NCBI GenBank assembly: GCA_965204755.1 | Contig: OZ242011.1 | Location: forward strand, 1,120,001-1,184,000 | DNA length: 64,000 nucleotides | Source of the DNA: Candidatus Marinacidobacterium sp. | GTDB lineage: Bacteria > Acidobacteriota > Vicinamibacteria > Marinacidobacterales > Marinacidobacteraceae | Direction: 5' to 3' | In this document: positions 1 to 10,292 of the stretch, piece by piece | Layout: each line of letters starts with the position of its first letter | Position numbering within the stretch: the first letter of the stretch is position 1 | Program-made: the position numbers and the translations under genes | Notes under the pieces: generated by a model | Seen by the model: only the letters and a program-made list of their open reading frames with translations | What the model was told of the DNA's origin: nothing | Database searches by the model: none

Positions 1-1073
1 GGAAACCGATCATCGAGCGCGGCCGCTTCTCCATACCGAGTCCTCAGATCCTTCAACTCGATCTCCAAAGCCACTACCCGACACGCGGCCTCCCGTCGTT
101 CAGACTCGGCGATTCGTTCGCGCAGTTCTTTCGCGGACGGGCCCTCCGGCGGTTGCGGCTCGGGCGCCGACTCCCAACGGCTGAGCGCTCCGGCGAGACG
201 CCCCTCCAGACCCTCCTCCTCGTCGCGCCCCGGAGGAACCGGCTCCCCCCGGGGAAACAGCCGACTCAACTCGCGCGCCTCCTCGTAGCGCCTTTCGGCG
301 GCCGCGGCCTCCGTTTCCGCAAGGATCGCCTGCACCGTCTGCAAACGCGTCTCGGTAACCTTTTTCCGGTCCTCCATCTCCCGTATCCGCTCCCCTCTTC
401 GTCGGTGCTCGTCATACCGCTTCCGCGCACTGTCCAACGCTTCGTTCGCCGACTTCACCGCGGCTTGCGAGCGGCGGAGGGGTTTCGTCGGAGACCGTTC
501 CGTCCCCACTCGCTCTCGACGGAAGTCCGAAAGCAGTTCGACGGCCTTTCGCGCCGTCTGATCCGATCGCGCCGTGGCCGCGGCGCGCTGGAGATCCACC
601 TGCAGGGCGCCGGCGTCGTCCAGAATCGCGAGGATCTCCGCCTGTCGCACGCAGGCGACACTTTCGAAGGTCTCCCGGCTGAGTCCGACCCACCGTGACC
701 CGTCCGGCGCACCGGCGTTCATTACGCTGCCGGACAGGTCCCGGTGCGAGTCCGCATCGCGCGCGGAACTGTCCACGCCCCGGGCGAGGTCCTGCAGCAA
801 TTCGACGCGGCGACCGTCGGCCAAACGGATGACGACGCCGACGGCCCACTCGCTTCCGTCGTCCCATGGCCGATGTCGCGCATCGAACTGCCGGGCGACT
901 TTCGAGCGCCCCGGCCCCCGTTTCTGTCCGCACAGACCCACGGAGACCGCCGCCCGCAGTGTCGATTTGCCGGACTCGTTCGGCCCGTGGATCACATTCA
1001 TGCCCGGCGCCAGTTGGAGCGTACGGTCATGGAACGGACCGAAGGGCCGGCAATGGATCGTTTCGAAGACCAT
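1..1073 (-). CDS. SbcC/Rad50-like AAA ATPase (YhaN-like), N-terminal part; runs off the window start
   Basis: Not in the ORF track. Manual translation from ATG at 1073 gives MVFETIHCRPFGPFHDRTLQLAPGMNVIHGPNESGKSTLRAAV (Walker A GPNESGKST). The start overlaps the upstream nuclease stop (TGATG). Confidence 0.85.
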   Translation of the reverse strand, partial: MVFETIHCRPFGPFHDRTLQLAPGMNVIHGPNESGKSTLRAAVSVGLCGQKRGPGRSKVARQFDARHRPWDDGSEWAVGVVIRLADGRRVELLQDLARGVDSSARDADSHRDLSGSVMNAGAPDGSRWVGLSRETFESVACVRQAEILAILDDAGALQVDLQRAAATARSDQTARKAVELLSDFRRERVGTERSPTKPLRRSQAAVKSANEALDSARKRYDEHRRRGERIREMEDRKKVTETRLQTVQAILAETEAAAAERRYEEARELSRLFPRGEPVPPGRDEEEGLEGRLAGALSRWESAPEPQPPEGPSAKELRERIAESERREAACRVVALEIELKDLRTRYGEAAALDDRF

Positions 1074-2170
1074 CAGGGAACTTCCAGATCCTCTCGGCCG
1101 TCCAAGGCGCGAAGGCCCGTCATCAGCACACGCCGTTCTTCGTCCGCCATGAGGTCGGCTTCGAGGACATCCCGAACGAATTGTCCGCGCACGGTGTCTT
1201 CCTCTCGAAGCGCAGCGAAATCGTACGCCGGACGAACCTCCCACCGAACCTGAGCGGCGTCGAAATCCCGAAGGCACTGACGGAGGTGGGACTCCTCGAG
1301 GTCCATGTCAGGATGCAAATCGCCGCTTACGGTGAGCCGGACGAAACCGCTCGCACCGGATGCGCGCTCCTCGAGTCTCTCGGTCACTTCCCCGCGGGTC
1401 GTGCACCCCGTGAGGTCGAGCGCCAGGTCGTGGGTCTCCGTCAGGGCTACCCTCCGTCGCTCACGGTGGATCTCGCCGTCGCCCTCGACGGACGCGATCA
1501 CGACTCCGCGGTCGCCCGTCTCCCCGAACTCGAGCGGATCCGGGTTTCCCGGGTAGGTGAGGAACTTCGAGTCGCGAGGCCGGTGGTAGTGGCCCAGGAA
1601 GGCGTGAGTGAACCGCGCCCTCTCGATTTCGACCGCGTCGAACGCGGCATGGGGTTCCTTGCCGACTCCCTGTTCGGTCAACCAGTTCTTCTCGGCGCCG
1701 TGGAAGAGCGCGAGGTGGCATCCGTCGCCCTCGACCCGGAAGTCGCTCAGGAAGTTGTCGGTGTTCGCCGGCGCCAGGTGCGCCGCGCCCCACAGCGTGA
1801 CGCCATCGCCCAGAGGCGTCGGCTCGAAGCGGGCCGCCCGGAAAATGTGGACATTGTCGCTCCAACCCCTCGCCGCGTAGGGACTTTCGGGGCCGTACCA
1901 GTCGTGGTTGCCGGGCGCGAGGAAGACGCGCGTCGGGGACAGGCTCTCGAAGACCTTCACCAGGAACTCCGCGGTGTCTCTCGTAATCCGATCGTGTTCG
2001 TAGAGATCCCCGCCACAGAGCAGGGCATCCGCCTCCACTTCCCGCGTGAGTTCGACGATCCGACGGAGCACCTTCCTCTGGTTCTCCCGGCGGCCGCTCG
2101 CCGCGGCGGTTCCGGCCCACGCGAACGCGCGGTCGAGGTGCAAGTCGGCGAAGTGGACGATCTTGACCAT
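1073..2170 (-). CDS. SbcD/Mre11-family metallophosphoesterase (DNA repair exonuclease)
   Basis: Motifs HFADLHLD, GGDLYE, PGNHD, LFHG, LGHYH, YPGNP. Likely start MVKIVHF at 2170; paired with the downstream ATPase. Confidence 0.9.
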   Translation of the reverse strand: MVKIVHFADLHLDRAFAWAGTAAASGRRENQRKVLRRIVELTREVEADALLCGGDLYEHDRITRDTAEFLVKVFESLSPTRVFLAPGNHDWYGPESPYAARGWSDNVHIFRAARFEPTPLGDGVTLWGAAHLAPANTDNFLSDFRVEGDGCHLALFHGAEKNWLTEQGVGKEPHAAFDAVEIERARFTHAFLGHYHRPRDSKFLTYPGNPDPLEFGETGDRGVVIASVEGDGEIHRERRRVALTETHDLALDLTGCTTRGEVTERLEERASGASGFVRLTVSGDLHPDMDLEESHLRQCLRDFDAAQVRWEVRPAYDFAALREEDTVRGQFVRDVLEADLMADEERRVLMTGLRALDGREDLEVP

Positions 2171-2231
2171 CGGCGGGTGACTACGACTTGCGCGGCGACG
2201 GGAGGATAAGGCCGACGATGGACACGGAGCG

Positions 2232-3263
2232 TCACCCGCCGACGGGGTCCTCGGAGTCGGCGCCCTTCCGGCCGAATCCCCGGTCACGCGGAGGAGGCGG
2301 CGTCCCGGAAAGCGGAACCGCCGAGGCGCGGCGGCGGCGATCGGCCTCGGCCAGGGTCTTCGGCCAGGTCTTCTTCAGGAGGCGCGAGAGGGCGCGGTCG
2401 CGGAGGAGGCGGCCGCCGGTCTGGCAGGTCGGGCAGTAGTTGCACTCGTTCTCCGCCCGCGCGATGCGCTGGACCGGGGCGCCGCACTTCGGGCAGGGTT
2501 CGCGGAACTTGCCGTGGACGGCCATCTCGGGGCGGAAGGCGGTGACCCCGGCGGGGAAGTCCGGGCCGCTCTCCTCGCGGAGCCGCGCCGCCCACTCGGT
2601 GAGGACGCCGGCCGCCGCCCGGTGGAGCCGTTCGGTCTCGGCGGCGTCGAGCCGGTTCGCGATCTTCGTCGGCGAGAGGCGGGCGCGCCAGAGGATCTCG
2701 TCGGAGTAGGCGTTCCCGATCCCGGCGAAGCGCGCCGGCTCGGTGAGCGCCCGCTTCAGGGTTCTCGGGCAGTCCGCGAGCCGGGCGGCGAAGTCGCCGA
2801 GGGTCGAACCGGGGACCTCCAGGCCGCCGGGGTCGAGGGCGGCGAGCGCCTCCGCGGTCGCTCCGAGCCGGATCGTCGCCCGCTTCTTCCGGCTGCGCTC
2901 GACCAGCCGCAACTGGCCGGTTCCGCCGTCCGCCAAGGCGAAGTCCCAGATCGCCAGGTTGCCTCTCGGGGAGAGCCGGGCCGGTTTCGGCGTCTTCTTC
3001 CCGCCCGGTCGCAGGTCCGTCCAGTGGAGCCGGCCGGCGACCGCCAGGTGCACGGAACAGAAATGGGCCGCCTCAAGGAGGATCACCAACTGCTTGGCCA
3101 CGCGGCGCGCGCCGAGGACGGTCCGCCCGGCCAGCGCCGCCGGAGCGGGCTCGACGGTGGCCAACAGGTGGGGCGCGGCGAGCGAGAGCCGCTCCAGCCG
3201 GGCGCCCTCGATCCGCTCGGCGAGCGCCGCGCGGTACGCCTCGAGATCCGGATATTCGGGCAC
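2232..3263 (-). CDS. Fpg/Nei family DNA glycosylase
   Basis: N-terminal PEYPD, H2TH motif AGIGNAYSDEIL, C-terminal zinc finger CPKC...YCPTCQ. Confidence 0.92.
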   Translation of the reverse strand: MPEYPDLEAYRAALAERIEGARLERLSLAAPHLLATVEPAPAALAGRTVLGARRVAKQLVILLEAAHFCSVHLAVAGRLHWTDLRPGGKKTPKPARLSPRGNLAIWDFALADGGTGQLRLVERSRKKRATIRLGATAEALAALDPGGLEVPGSTLGDFAARLADCPRTLKRALTEPARFAGIGNAYSDEILWRARLSPTKIANRLDAAETERLHRAAAGVLTEWAARLREESGPDFPAGVTAFRPEMAVHGKFREPCPKCGAPVQRIARAENECNYCPTCQTGGRLLRDRALSRLLKKTWPKTLAEADRRRRASAVPLSGTPPPPRDRGFGRKGADSEDPVGG

Positions 3264-3362
3264 GACCGGGCGGACTCCGCCGGTAGTCTTTCAGCCTCCG
3301 GATTCCGGCCCCCACCACGCGCCCCTGCCCGGCAGGCAGTGGCCCCGCCCCGAGGAAGACCC

Positions 3363-4148
3363 ATGAACGAGTCCCCGCAGCAGCGTTTCCGGGATCGAGT
3401 CGCCGTCGTCACCGGCGCCTCGAGCGGCATCGGACGGGCGGCCGCCCGCTCGCTCGCCGCCGAAGGCGCCGGCGTAACGCTCGTGGCCCGGCGGGGGGAG
3501 CGGCTGCGCGAAGCGGCCGGCGAGATCGAGTCCGCCGGCGGGCGCGCGCTCCCGCTCGCCGGCGATGTCACCGACCCCGACTTCCGCAGCCGCGTGGTCG
3601 CGGAGACGGTGAGCCGGTTCGGCGCGCTGGACCACCTGGTGAACGCCGCCGGGGTCATCGCCTTCGGCACGGTGAAGGACACGGAACTCGACGCCTGGCG
3701 GCGGATGTTCGCGCTGAATGTGGAGGCGGTGTTCGACCTGCTGCGGCTCGCGACGCCGCACCTGCTCGCCCGCCGGGGAAGCGTGGTGAATGTCTCGAGC
3801 GTGAACGGCCTCCGGTCGTTTCCCGGCGTCCTCGCCTACAACTGCAGCAAGTCGGCGCTCGACCAACTCACCCGCTGCGCGGCCCTCGAACTCGCCGCCG
3901 AGGGCGTGCGCGTCAACTCGGTGAATCCGGGCGTGACCCGGACGGAACTCCACACCGCCGGCGGACTCGACGCCGACCGGTACGCGGCGTTCCTCGAGCG
4001 CAGCAAGACCACGCACCCGATCGGCCGGGTGGGCCGCCCGGAAGAAGTCGCCGACCTCGCGCTCTACCTGCTGTCCGACCGGGCGGGCTTCCTCACCGGC
4101 GTCACGGTTCCGGTGGACGGCGGCCGCCACTTGACCTGCGCCCGGTAG
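3363..4148 (+). CDS. Short-chain dehydrogenase/reductase (SDR)
   Basis: TGASSGIG, NAAG, YNCSK catalytic motif. Start MNESPQ at 3363 after GAGGAAG. Confidence 0.93.
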   Translation: MNESPQQRFRDRVAVVTGASSGIGRAAARSLAAEGAGVTLVARRGERLREAAGEIESAGGRALPLAGDVTDPDFRSRVVAETVSRFGALDHLVNAAGVIAFGTVKDTELDAWRRMFALNVEAVFDLLRLATPHLLARRGSVVNVSSVNGLRSFPGVLAYNCSKSALDQLTRCAALELAAEGVRVNSVNPGVTRTELHTAGGLDADRYAAFLERSKTTHPIGRVGRPEEVADLALYLLSDRAGFLTGVTVPVDGGRHLTCAR

Positions 4149-4242
4149 CGGGCCGTCGTCGGGAGAGCGCCCGACCGCTCCCTTCTCGTCCCTTCTCGAC
4201 CGGAACGCGCGGCGGCCCCGTCCGGCTTCCCGGCGGGGGGAC

Positions 4243-4827
4243 TCAGTTCCGGCGGCGGGTCTCGAGGAAGTCCTCGAGGTCGTCCAGCCCGCGGAGCAGC
4301 GCCTCCGGCGATCCGTCTTCCCGAGTCCCCGCGCGCAGCGGCGCGTGCAGGAACTCCGGAGGCTCGCCCGGCGCGGCGCCGCGGTCGAGGGAGATCTTCC
4401 CCTCGGGGCCGCCGACCACGGAGGGGAGCCGGCCCGGCCGCCCCCGGAGGAAGACGACCACCCGCTCGCCGACCTCGAAGCGCGGCATCTCGGAGACCAT
4501 GACCGTGGTGTCGCCCACGGTGCCGCCGAGGACGCGGAAGTGGACGGTCTCCGAGGCCCGGCCGGCCAGCACCCGGTCCACCGCCAGCGTGAACCGGGTG
4601 TGGATGCGGGTCCGGTCGTAGTTCCACTCGCCCACCGCCGCCTCGATCGTCCCGGCGACGACCGAGGTCGAGAGATCGGCCAACTGCTCGATTCCGAGCG
4701 GTGCGAACAGATCCTCCGGGGCGTGGCGCTGCGCTTCGGCGGAGAGTGCGAAGACCAGCGCGCACCCGAGGGCGGCGCCGGTCGGTCCGCCGCGAAAGCG
4801 AGCAGGAAGAGGCATCGGCTCCATCAT
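4243..4827 (-). CDS. Secreted hypothetical protein, TIMP/OB-fold-like domain of the type often fused N-terminally to matrixin proteases
   Basis: Signal peptide (ALVFALSAEA) followed by VVAGTI...IHTRFTLAVDRVLAG...VLGGTVGD...PRFEVGERVVVFL. The fold is inferred from pattern memory. Confidence 0.6.
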   Translation of the reverse strand: MMEPMPLPARFRGGPTGAALGCALVFALSAEAQRHAPEDLFAPLGIEQLADLSTSVVAGTIEAAVGEWNYDRTRIHTRFTLAVDRVLAGRASETVHFRVLGGTVGDTTVMVSEMPRFEVGERVVVFLRGRPGRLPSVVGGPEGKISLDRGAAPGEPPEFLHAPLRAGTREDGSPEALLRGLDDLEDFLETRRRN

Positions 4828-4916
4828 AGCGAACGACCCGCGGGCGGGGCGGGGGCTTCCTTCCCGCGGGAGGGCCTCCCGGAAGCGGCCCCCGAACCCG
4901 GTGTAGCATCATTCGC

Positions 4917-6017
4917 ATGAGGGATCGGGCGGCAACGCCGACGGCCGACCGACCGCGCGGCTCCGGGAGCCGCCGGCGGAAGCGCGTCCGGGGCGGGCTC
5001 GCCGCCGGGGCCGGACTCGCGCTGCTCGTCGTCGCTCCCGGCGCCGACGCCTACCGATTCTCGGTGGTGGGCGCCAGGGTCGGCGGCGCGGAGGACGCCC
5101 GCCGCTGGGACGCCGCCGACCTCCCGGTGCGGTTCCGGGTGCTCTCCAACGGGAACCTGCCCGCCGAGGACTTCTCCTCCCACGCCGAGTGGCGCGCCTA
5201 CATCGCCGAGGTCTTCGACCACTGGAACGACATCGAGACGGCCGAGGAAATCCTGGCCGTGGACGAGGCGCCGGCCGTCCAGGAGGAAGCGTCCCGCGCC
5301 GACGGGTGGAACACGATCGGCTTCTCCTCGTACTTCGCCCGCAACGACTTCCCCTACTCCGGGTTCGCCTCCTGGCAGGTCTCCGGGAGCGCCCTCACCT
5401 CGTGCGACATCGAGTTGAACCCGATCTACCGGGTGGACGAGGGCTGGGAGACCCGGCAGTCGGCGCTGGTGCGGTTGATCCTCCACGAAGTCGGCCACTG
5501 CCTGGGGCTGCTCCACTCGGTGCTGCTCCCCATGCCCTTCGACTACGGCCTGCCCGAGTTGGAACTGGAAGGGTTCGAGGCCGACCCGATCATGTCCTAC
5601 GGTCGGCAGAAGGACTACCTGACGCGCGACGACGCCGTCGCGGCTTCCCTGCTCTACCCGACGGCCGGCTTCGCGGAGGAAACCGGATCCCTGCGCGGGG
5701 AGATCCGCTTCTCGGACGGGGGGCCGGCGCGCTTCGTCTATGTGCAGGCGATCGAGATCGGCGACTCGAACGCGCGCGCCGGGCCCGGCGCGTTCTCCAA
5801 CGAGGAGGGCGTCTTCCTGCTGGAGGGGGTGCGCCCCGGCCCGGTGTTCCTCTGGGTCCACTCCTTCGTGGTGGGCGTCGCCCACAACTTCCGCGCCGAC
5901 CCCGGCGATCGGGAGATCCGTTTCCCGCAGGTCTGGGCGTTCTCCGAGGCGGAGGCTGGGGCGGTCACCGCCGTACCGGGGATCACTCTCCGGCGCGGTC
6001 TCGGGGATTCGGGATGA
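4917..6017 (+). CDS. Matrixin-like (metzincin) zinc metalloprotease, secreted
   Basis: Signal peptide, HEVGHCLGLLH zinc motif, Met-turn PIMSY, C-terminal carboxypeptidase-regulatory-like beta domain. Confidence 0.85.
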   Translation: MRDRAATPTADRPRGSGSRRRKRVRGGLAAGAGLALLVVAPGADAYRFSVVGARVGGAEDARRWDAADLPVRFRVLSNGNLPAEDFSSHAEWRAYIAEVFDHWNDIETAEEILAVDEAPAVQEEASRADGWNTIGFSSYFARNDFPYSGFASWQVSGSALTSCDIELNPIYRVDEGWETRQSALVRLILHEVGHCLGLLHSVLLPMPFDYGLPELELEGFEADPIMSYGRQKDYLTRDDAVAASLLYPTAGFAEETGSLRGEIRFSDGGPARFVYVQAIEIGDSNARAGPGAFSNEEGVFLLEGVRPGPVFLWVHSFVVGVAHNFRADPGDREIRFPQVWAFSEAEAGAVTAVPGITLRRGLGDSG

Positions 6018-6553
6018 CCCCCCGCGCCCGCCGGTGGGCGGCGGCCGCCGGACTGGGGCTCGGCGCGGCGCTCTCCCTGACCGCCGCCTGCTCGGAAACG
6101 CCGGCGCCGGTCCCCGCGGCGCCGCCGGCGGGCCCGGAGGCGGCGCCGGAAGCCGCTGCCGGGGCCGGCGTCGAACTCCCGGACGGGCGGGCGGCGCAGA
6201 CCGCGTGCCGCGGACTCTCGATCGTTCCCTCCCACCGGGGCGCGGCGGAGGCCGAAATCGCCATGCAGCGGGCCCGCCTCCGGGTGACGCACCCGGAAGC
6301 GGGCGTGGCGATCGCCCTGCTCGGCCCCTACTACGGGGGCCCCGACGACGATGTCCCCTCGAACATCCCCGCGATCCCCACCGCGCCGCGGCCGCTGGCC
6401 TTCGTCTCCGACCTCTCCTACCGCCGGACCGAGGGCGCCTTCACGCAGGAACTCACCGTGTCCTGGTTGGGCCGGCTCGAATTGGAAGTCGCCGCCCCGG
6501 ACTGCAGCCCGGTGCGCGTCACCTGCGATACGACGACTTGTTTCACCGGATGA
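6014..6553 (+). CDS. Hypothetical lipoprotein
   Basis: MTPRARRW...LSLTAAC lipobox. ATGA overlaps with both neighbours. Confidence 0.7.
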   Translation: MTPRARRWAAAAGLGLGAALSLTAACSETPAPVPAAPPAGPEAAPEAAAGAGVELPDGRAAQTACRGLSIVPSHRGAAEAEIAMQRARLRVTHPEAGVAIALLGPYYGGPDDDVPSNIPAIPTAPRPLAFVSDLSYRRTEGAFTQELTVSWLGRLELEVAAPDCSPVRVTCDTTTCFTG

Positions 6554-7593
6554 GGCGCGGACGCCGCCGGGCCGCGCCGGCGTTCGCCGGACTCCTGGCC
6601 CTGGCCGCCGCCGCGCCGGCTTCCGCGTATTCCTTCCGCGACCCCCGGTTCCGGGTGATCGGCCCGGAGGAGGCGCCGCGCTGGCTCGCCACCGACCGCA
6701 CCATCCGCTTCCGGCTGCTGGAGAACGACAACGACGACGGTCTCGCCTTCACCGGCGGCGGCTCCTGGCAGGACGCCGTACGGTCGGCGATGGAGCGCTG
6801 GAACGGGGTTTCGACCGCGGACATCCGGCTGGTCATCGACCCGGCGCCGGCGCGGCGCGACTGGGGGGCGGACGACGACGGGATGAACACCATCGGGGTC
6901 TCCAGTTTCCCGCCCCTCGTCAGCAAACCGGTCCCGCTCGCCACGAACTCGGCGACGATCCGGAGCGGGTTCATCATCGGCTGCGACATCGAACTGAACC
7001 GGGCGGCGCTCGTCGGGCGCGAGGTTTCCCGCCGGCGGCTGGAAGCCGACCTCCTGCATCAACTCGGGCACTGCCTGGGACTCGGCCACACCGAACCGTT
7101 CCCGGCTTCGCTCTACTCACTCCCGGACTACGAGCCGGACGAGGACCTGTTCCCGGACTTTCCCGACCCGGTGATGTCCCGCGGCGCCACGGACGCGCGG
7201 TTGACCGCCGACGACCGGGCCGGCGTTTCGGTGCTCTACCCGGCGCCGGGCTTCGCCGCCGCGTACGGTTCGGTGCGCGGCGAGTTGGTCACCGTGTACG
7301 GCGACCCGGCGGCGCACGCCTTCGTCCAAACCCTCCTCCTCGACGAAAACGGGAACGCGCGACCCGGCCCGGGAGCCTTCTCCGACGCCGAGGGGCGTTT
7401 CCTCGTGCAGGGGGTGGCGCCGGGCGCCGCGCTGCTGGTGATCCACCCGATCGTGGACCCGTGGGGTTACTTCTTCCGCACCTCGTACAACGCCGTGCGG
7501 GACCAGTGGAGGTTCACCGAGGTCCGCGCCGGGGAAGTCACCGAGAGCGCGGGGCCCCGCATCCGGCCGGAAAGCAGATCCAACCGGTCCTGA
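6550..7593 (+). CDS. Matrixin-like metalloprotease paralog with catalytic Glu replaced by Gln
   Basis: Signal peptide, HQLGHCLGLGH (CAA codon at 7060-7062), Met-turn PVMS. Collinear similarity to 4917..6017. Confidence 0.82.
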   Translation: MRRGRRRAAPAFAGLLALAAAAPASAYSFRDPRFRVIGPEEAPRWLATDRTIRFRLLENDNDDGLAFTGGGSWQDAVRSAMERWNGVSTADIRLVIDPAPARRDWGADDDGMNTIGVSSFPPLVSKPVPLATNSATIRSGFIIGCDIELNRAALVGREVSRRRLEADLLHQLGHCLGLGHTEPFPASLYSLPDYEPDEDLFPDFPDPVMSRGATDARLTADDRAGVSVLYPAPGFAAAYGSVRGELVTVYGDPAAHAFVQTLLLDENGNARPGPGAFSDAEGRFLVQGVAPGAALLVIHPIVDPWGYFFRTSYNAVRDQWRFTEVRAGEVTESAGPRIRPESRSNRS

Positions 7594-7635
7594 ACAGGCC
7601 GCGGCGCCGAGCGGCGCGCCGTCTCCGCCCCGGGA

Positions 7636-9330
7636 TCAGTCCGGGAACGCCGCGCGGATGCCGGCGATCGCCTTTTCGCGGTCGCGGGTGAACCGGAGCG
7701 CCGCCTCCACGACCAACCAGAGGGCGAGCACCAGCACGGCGGCGCCCACGACCAGGAGCAGGTAGTTCCCGCCCTTCAGGTACTGGCTGATGTTGTAGAG
7801 CATCGCGGCGATGGTGGTGCCCAGCATGAACACCATCGGAGCGGCGGCGAACCGGTACGGCTTCTTGCGGAAGTAGAGGTAGAGCGTCACCGACAGCAGG
7901 GTGAGCCCGGCCATCACCTGGTTCGTCGTCCCGAACAGCGACCAGAGCGCGGTGCCGGCCGGGATCCAGTCGCCGTCGACCCGGATCTCCAGGAGCGCGA
8001 AGAACCCGATGACGACCACGGCGAGGAAGGACGCGACATAGCGGTTGCCGAGGACCGAGACGCCGACGCTCTCCGAGATTTCCTCCAAGTTGTAGCGGAG
8101 GATGCGCGTCGCCGAGTCGAGCGTGGTGAGCGCGAACGAAACGGCGACGAGCGCCATGAACGCCTTGCCGGTCTCCGTGGGAATGCCGATGGTGACCAGG
8201 AAGTTGGCGGCGCCCTGGATGTAGGCGTCCAATTTCGCGGCCAACCCGTCGGCGTTCTCCCAACTCGAGAAGTGGTTGTGCCAGGCGCTCCGGCTGGAGA
8301 ATCCGGCGGTGGTCGCGAGGACCGCGGAGAGCCCGAGCAGGCTCTCGCCGATCATTCCCCCGTAACCCACGAAAGTCGCGTCGGTCTCCTTGTTCAGTTG
8401 CTTCGCGGTCGTGCCGGAAGACACGAGCGCGTGGAACCCGGACACGGCGCCGCAGGCGATCACGATGAAGACGAAGGGGTAGATCGGGGGGGCGCCGGCG
8501 GGCGCGGGGTTGTACGCGGGCGCGGCGAACTCCGGGTTCTGGATGACGAAGGAGACGAAGATGCCGATCAGCGCCAGGTAGAGCAGGATGGAGTTCAGGA
8601 AGTCCCGGGGCTGGAGCAGCAGCCAAACCGGGAGCACGGAAGCGCAGAAGGCGTAGCCGAGCAGCAGGTAACTCCAACTCTCGGTCCCGAGCGCCGGCGC
8701 CGGCAGCACCGCGCCCAACCAGATGCTGAAGAACAGGAGCGCCGCCCCGATGGGCACCAGGACTTTCAGGCTCACGCCCCGCTTGTAGGACAGCCAGCCG
8801 ATGGCGACCGCCAGCACCATGACCGCGCTGCTCGGCGTGACCGCCTCCGGATAGAAAGTCGTCGAGAAGAGTTGCGCGACGACCTGGACGAACACGCCCA
8901 TCGCCAGCCCGATCAGGAACACGATCAGGGCGTGGAACAGGAACTTGGCCCGCTTCCCCAGGATGTCTTCGGCGATCAGGCCGATGGATCGGCCGCGCGC
9001 CCTCAGGCTCACGCAGAGCGCCGAGAAGTCATGCACCGCGCCTACCAGCAGCGTCCCGATCACCACCCAGATCATCGCCGGGACCCAACCCCAGATCACG
9101 GCGATCGCCGGCCCCAGCATCGGCGCCAAGCCGGCGATGGAGGCGTAGTGGTGCCCGAAGAGCACCGGCTTGGAGGTCGCCACATAGTCGCGCCCGTCGG
9201 CGAACTCGTGCGCCGGCGTCGGCCGGGAATCGTCGAGTTGGAAAGCGCGCCGGGCGATGCGCCGTCCGTAGAAGCGGTAGCCGACCACATACAGGCCGAA
9301 GCACACGAGCGTGGCGGCGAGCGGACTCAC
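7636..9330 (-). CDS. cstA: Carbon starvation protein A (peptide/pyruvate transporter)
   Basis: TPAHEFADGRDYV, LFGHHYASIAGLAP, LLQPRD, IACGAVSGFHAL; polytopic membrane protein. Confidence 0.95.
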   Translation of the reverse strand: MSPLAATLVCFGLYVVGYRFYGRRIARRAFQLDDSRPTPAHEFADGRDYVATSKPVLFGHHYASIAGLAPMLGPAIAVIWGWVPAMIWVVIGTLLVGAVHDFSALCVSLRARGRSIGLIAEDILGKRAKFLFHALIVFLIGLAMGVFVQVVAQLFSTTFYPEAVTPSSAVMVLAVAIGWLSYKRGVSLKVLVPIGAALLFFSIWLGAVLPAPALGTESWSYLLLGYAFCASVLPVWLLLQPRDFLNSILLYLALIGIFVSFVIQNPEFAAPAYNPAPAGAPPIYPFVFIVIACGAVSGFHALVSSGTTAKQLNKETDATFVGYGGMIGESLLGLSAVLATTAGFSSRSAWHNHFSSWENADGLAAKLDAYIQGAANFLVTIGIPTETGKAFMALVAVSFALTTLDSATRILRYNLEEISESVGVSVLGNRYVASFLAVVVIGFFALLEIRVDGDWIPAGTALWSLFGTTNQVMAGLTLLSVTLYLYFRKKPYRFAAAPMVFMLGTTIAAMLYNISQYLKGGNYLLLVVGAAVLVLALWLVVEAALRFTRDREKAIAGIRAAFPD

Positions 9331-9602
9331 TTGGGCGGTCTTCCCCGGTCTCGGGCCCGAAAGCGGAGCCGCCCTCGTCGGGCCCGGGAAGAGCGCGGCC
9401 GGAAGAGCGAAGATACCAAACCCGCGCGGCCGGGCTCGGCGCGAGCCGTTCGCGGCGCCGGCCCGGGGAAGGAGCGCCCCGTCCCGAAACCCGACGGGGA
9501 CTTCGTCCCCCGGTGGTCGAGGAGCGCGGGGCGGGGCGCTCCTTTTCCGCGGGCCGCCGAGGTGGGTTAGGATCGTTGCCCCGGTTTCAGGAGGGGGTTC
9601 CG

Positions 9603-10277
9603 ATGGCTTCCGAGATGGTGTCTTTCCCCGCGAACGGCGGCTCCGCCCGCGGCTACCTGGCGCGCGCCGATCGGCCCGGGCCGGGAGTGCTGGTCATCCA
9701 GGAGTGGTGGGGTCTGGTCGGCCACATCACCGAGGTGGCCGACCGGTTCGCGGAGGCCGGGTTCACCGCTCTCGCGCCCGACCTCTTCCACGGGGAGCGG
9801 ACTGCTTCGCCGGGCGAGGCGGAGAAACTGTTCATGGCCCTCGAAGTGGACCGCGCCGAGCAGGACCTGCGCGGGGCCGCCTCCTACCTGGCGTCGGTGA
9901 CCGAGGCGGCATCGGTGGGCGTGGTCGGCTTCTGCATGGGCGGCCAACTCGCCCTCTACGCCGCGAGCAAGTCCGCCCGCATCGGCGCCTGCGTGGACTT
10001 CTACGGCATCCATCCCCGGGTCCAGCCGGACTACGAGGCGATCCGCTGTCCGGTGCTCGGACTCTTCGCCGAGAACGACGCCATGGTGAACGCCGAAGTG
10101 GTGGCGAAACTCGGGGAGGACCTGGACGCCGCCGGGGTCGAGGCCGAGTTCCACACCTATCCGGGAACCGACCACGCGTTCTTCAACGACGGGCGCCCCG
10201 AGGCGTACGACGAGTCGGCGGCGCGGGACGCCTGGAACCGGGTGCTGGAGTTCCTCCGGGCGAACCTCGAAGACTGA
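9603..10277 (+). CDS. Dienelactone hydrolase family protein
   Basis: IQEWWGL, GFCMGG nucleophile motif, HAFFN. Start after AGGAGG. Confidence 0.93.
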   Translation: MASEMVSFPANGGSARGYLARADRPGPGVLVIQEWWGLVGHITEVADRFAEAGFTALAPDLFHGERTASPGEAEKLFMALEVDRAEQDLRGAASYLASVTEAASVGVVGFCMGGQLALYAASKSARIGACVDFYGIHPRVQPDYEAIRCPVLGLFAENDAMVNAEVVAKLGEDLDAAGVEAEFHTYPGTDHAFFNDGRPEAYDESAARDAWNRVLEFLRANLED

Positions 10278-10292
10278 GGCCCGGGCGGGCAG

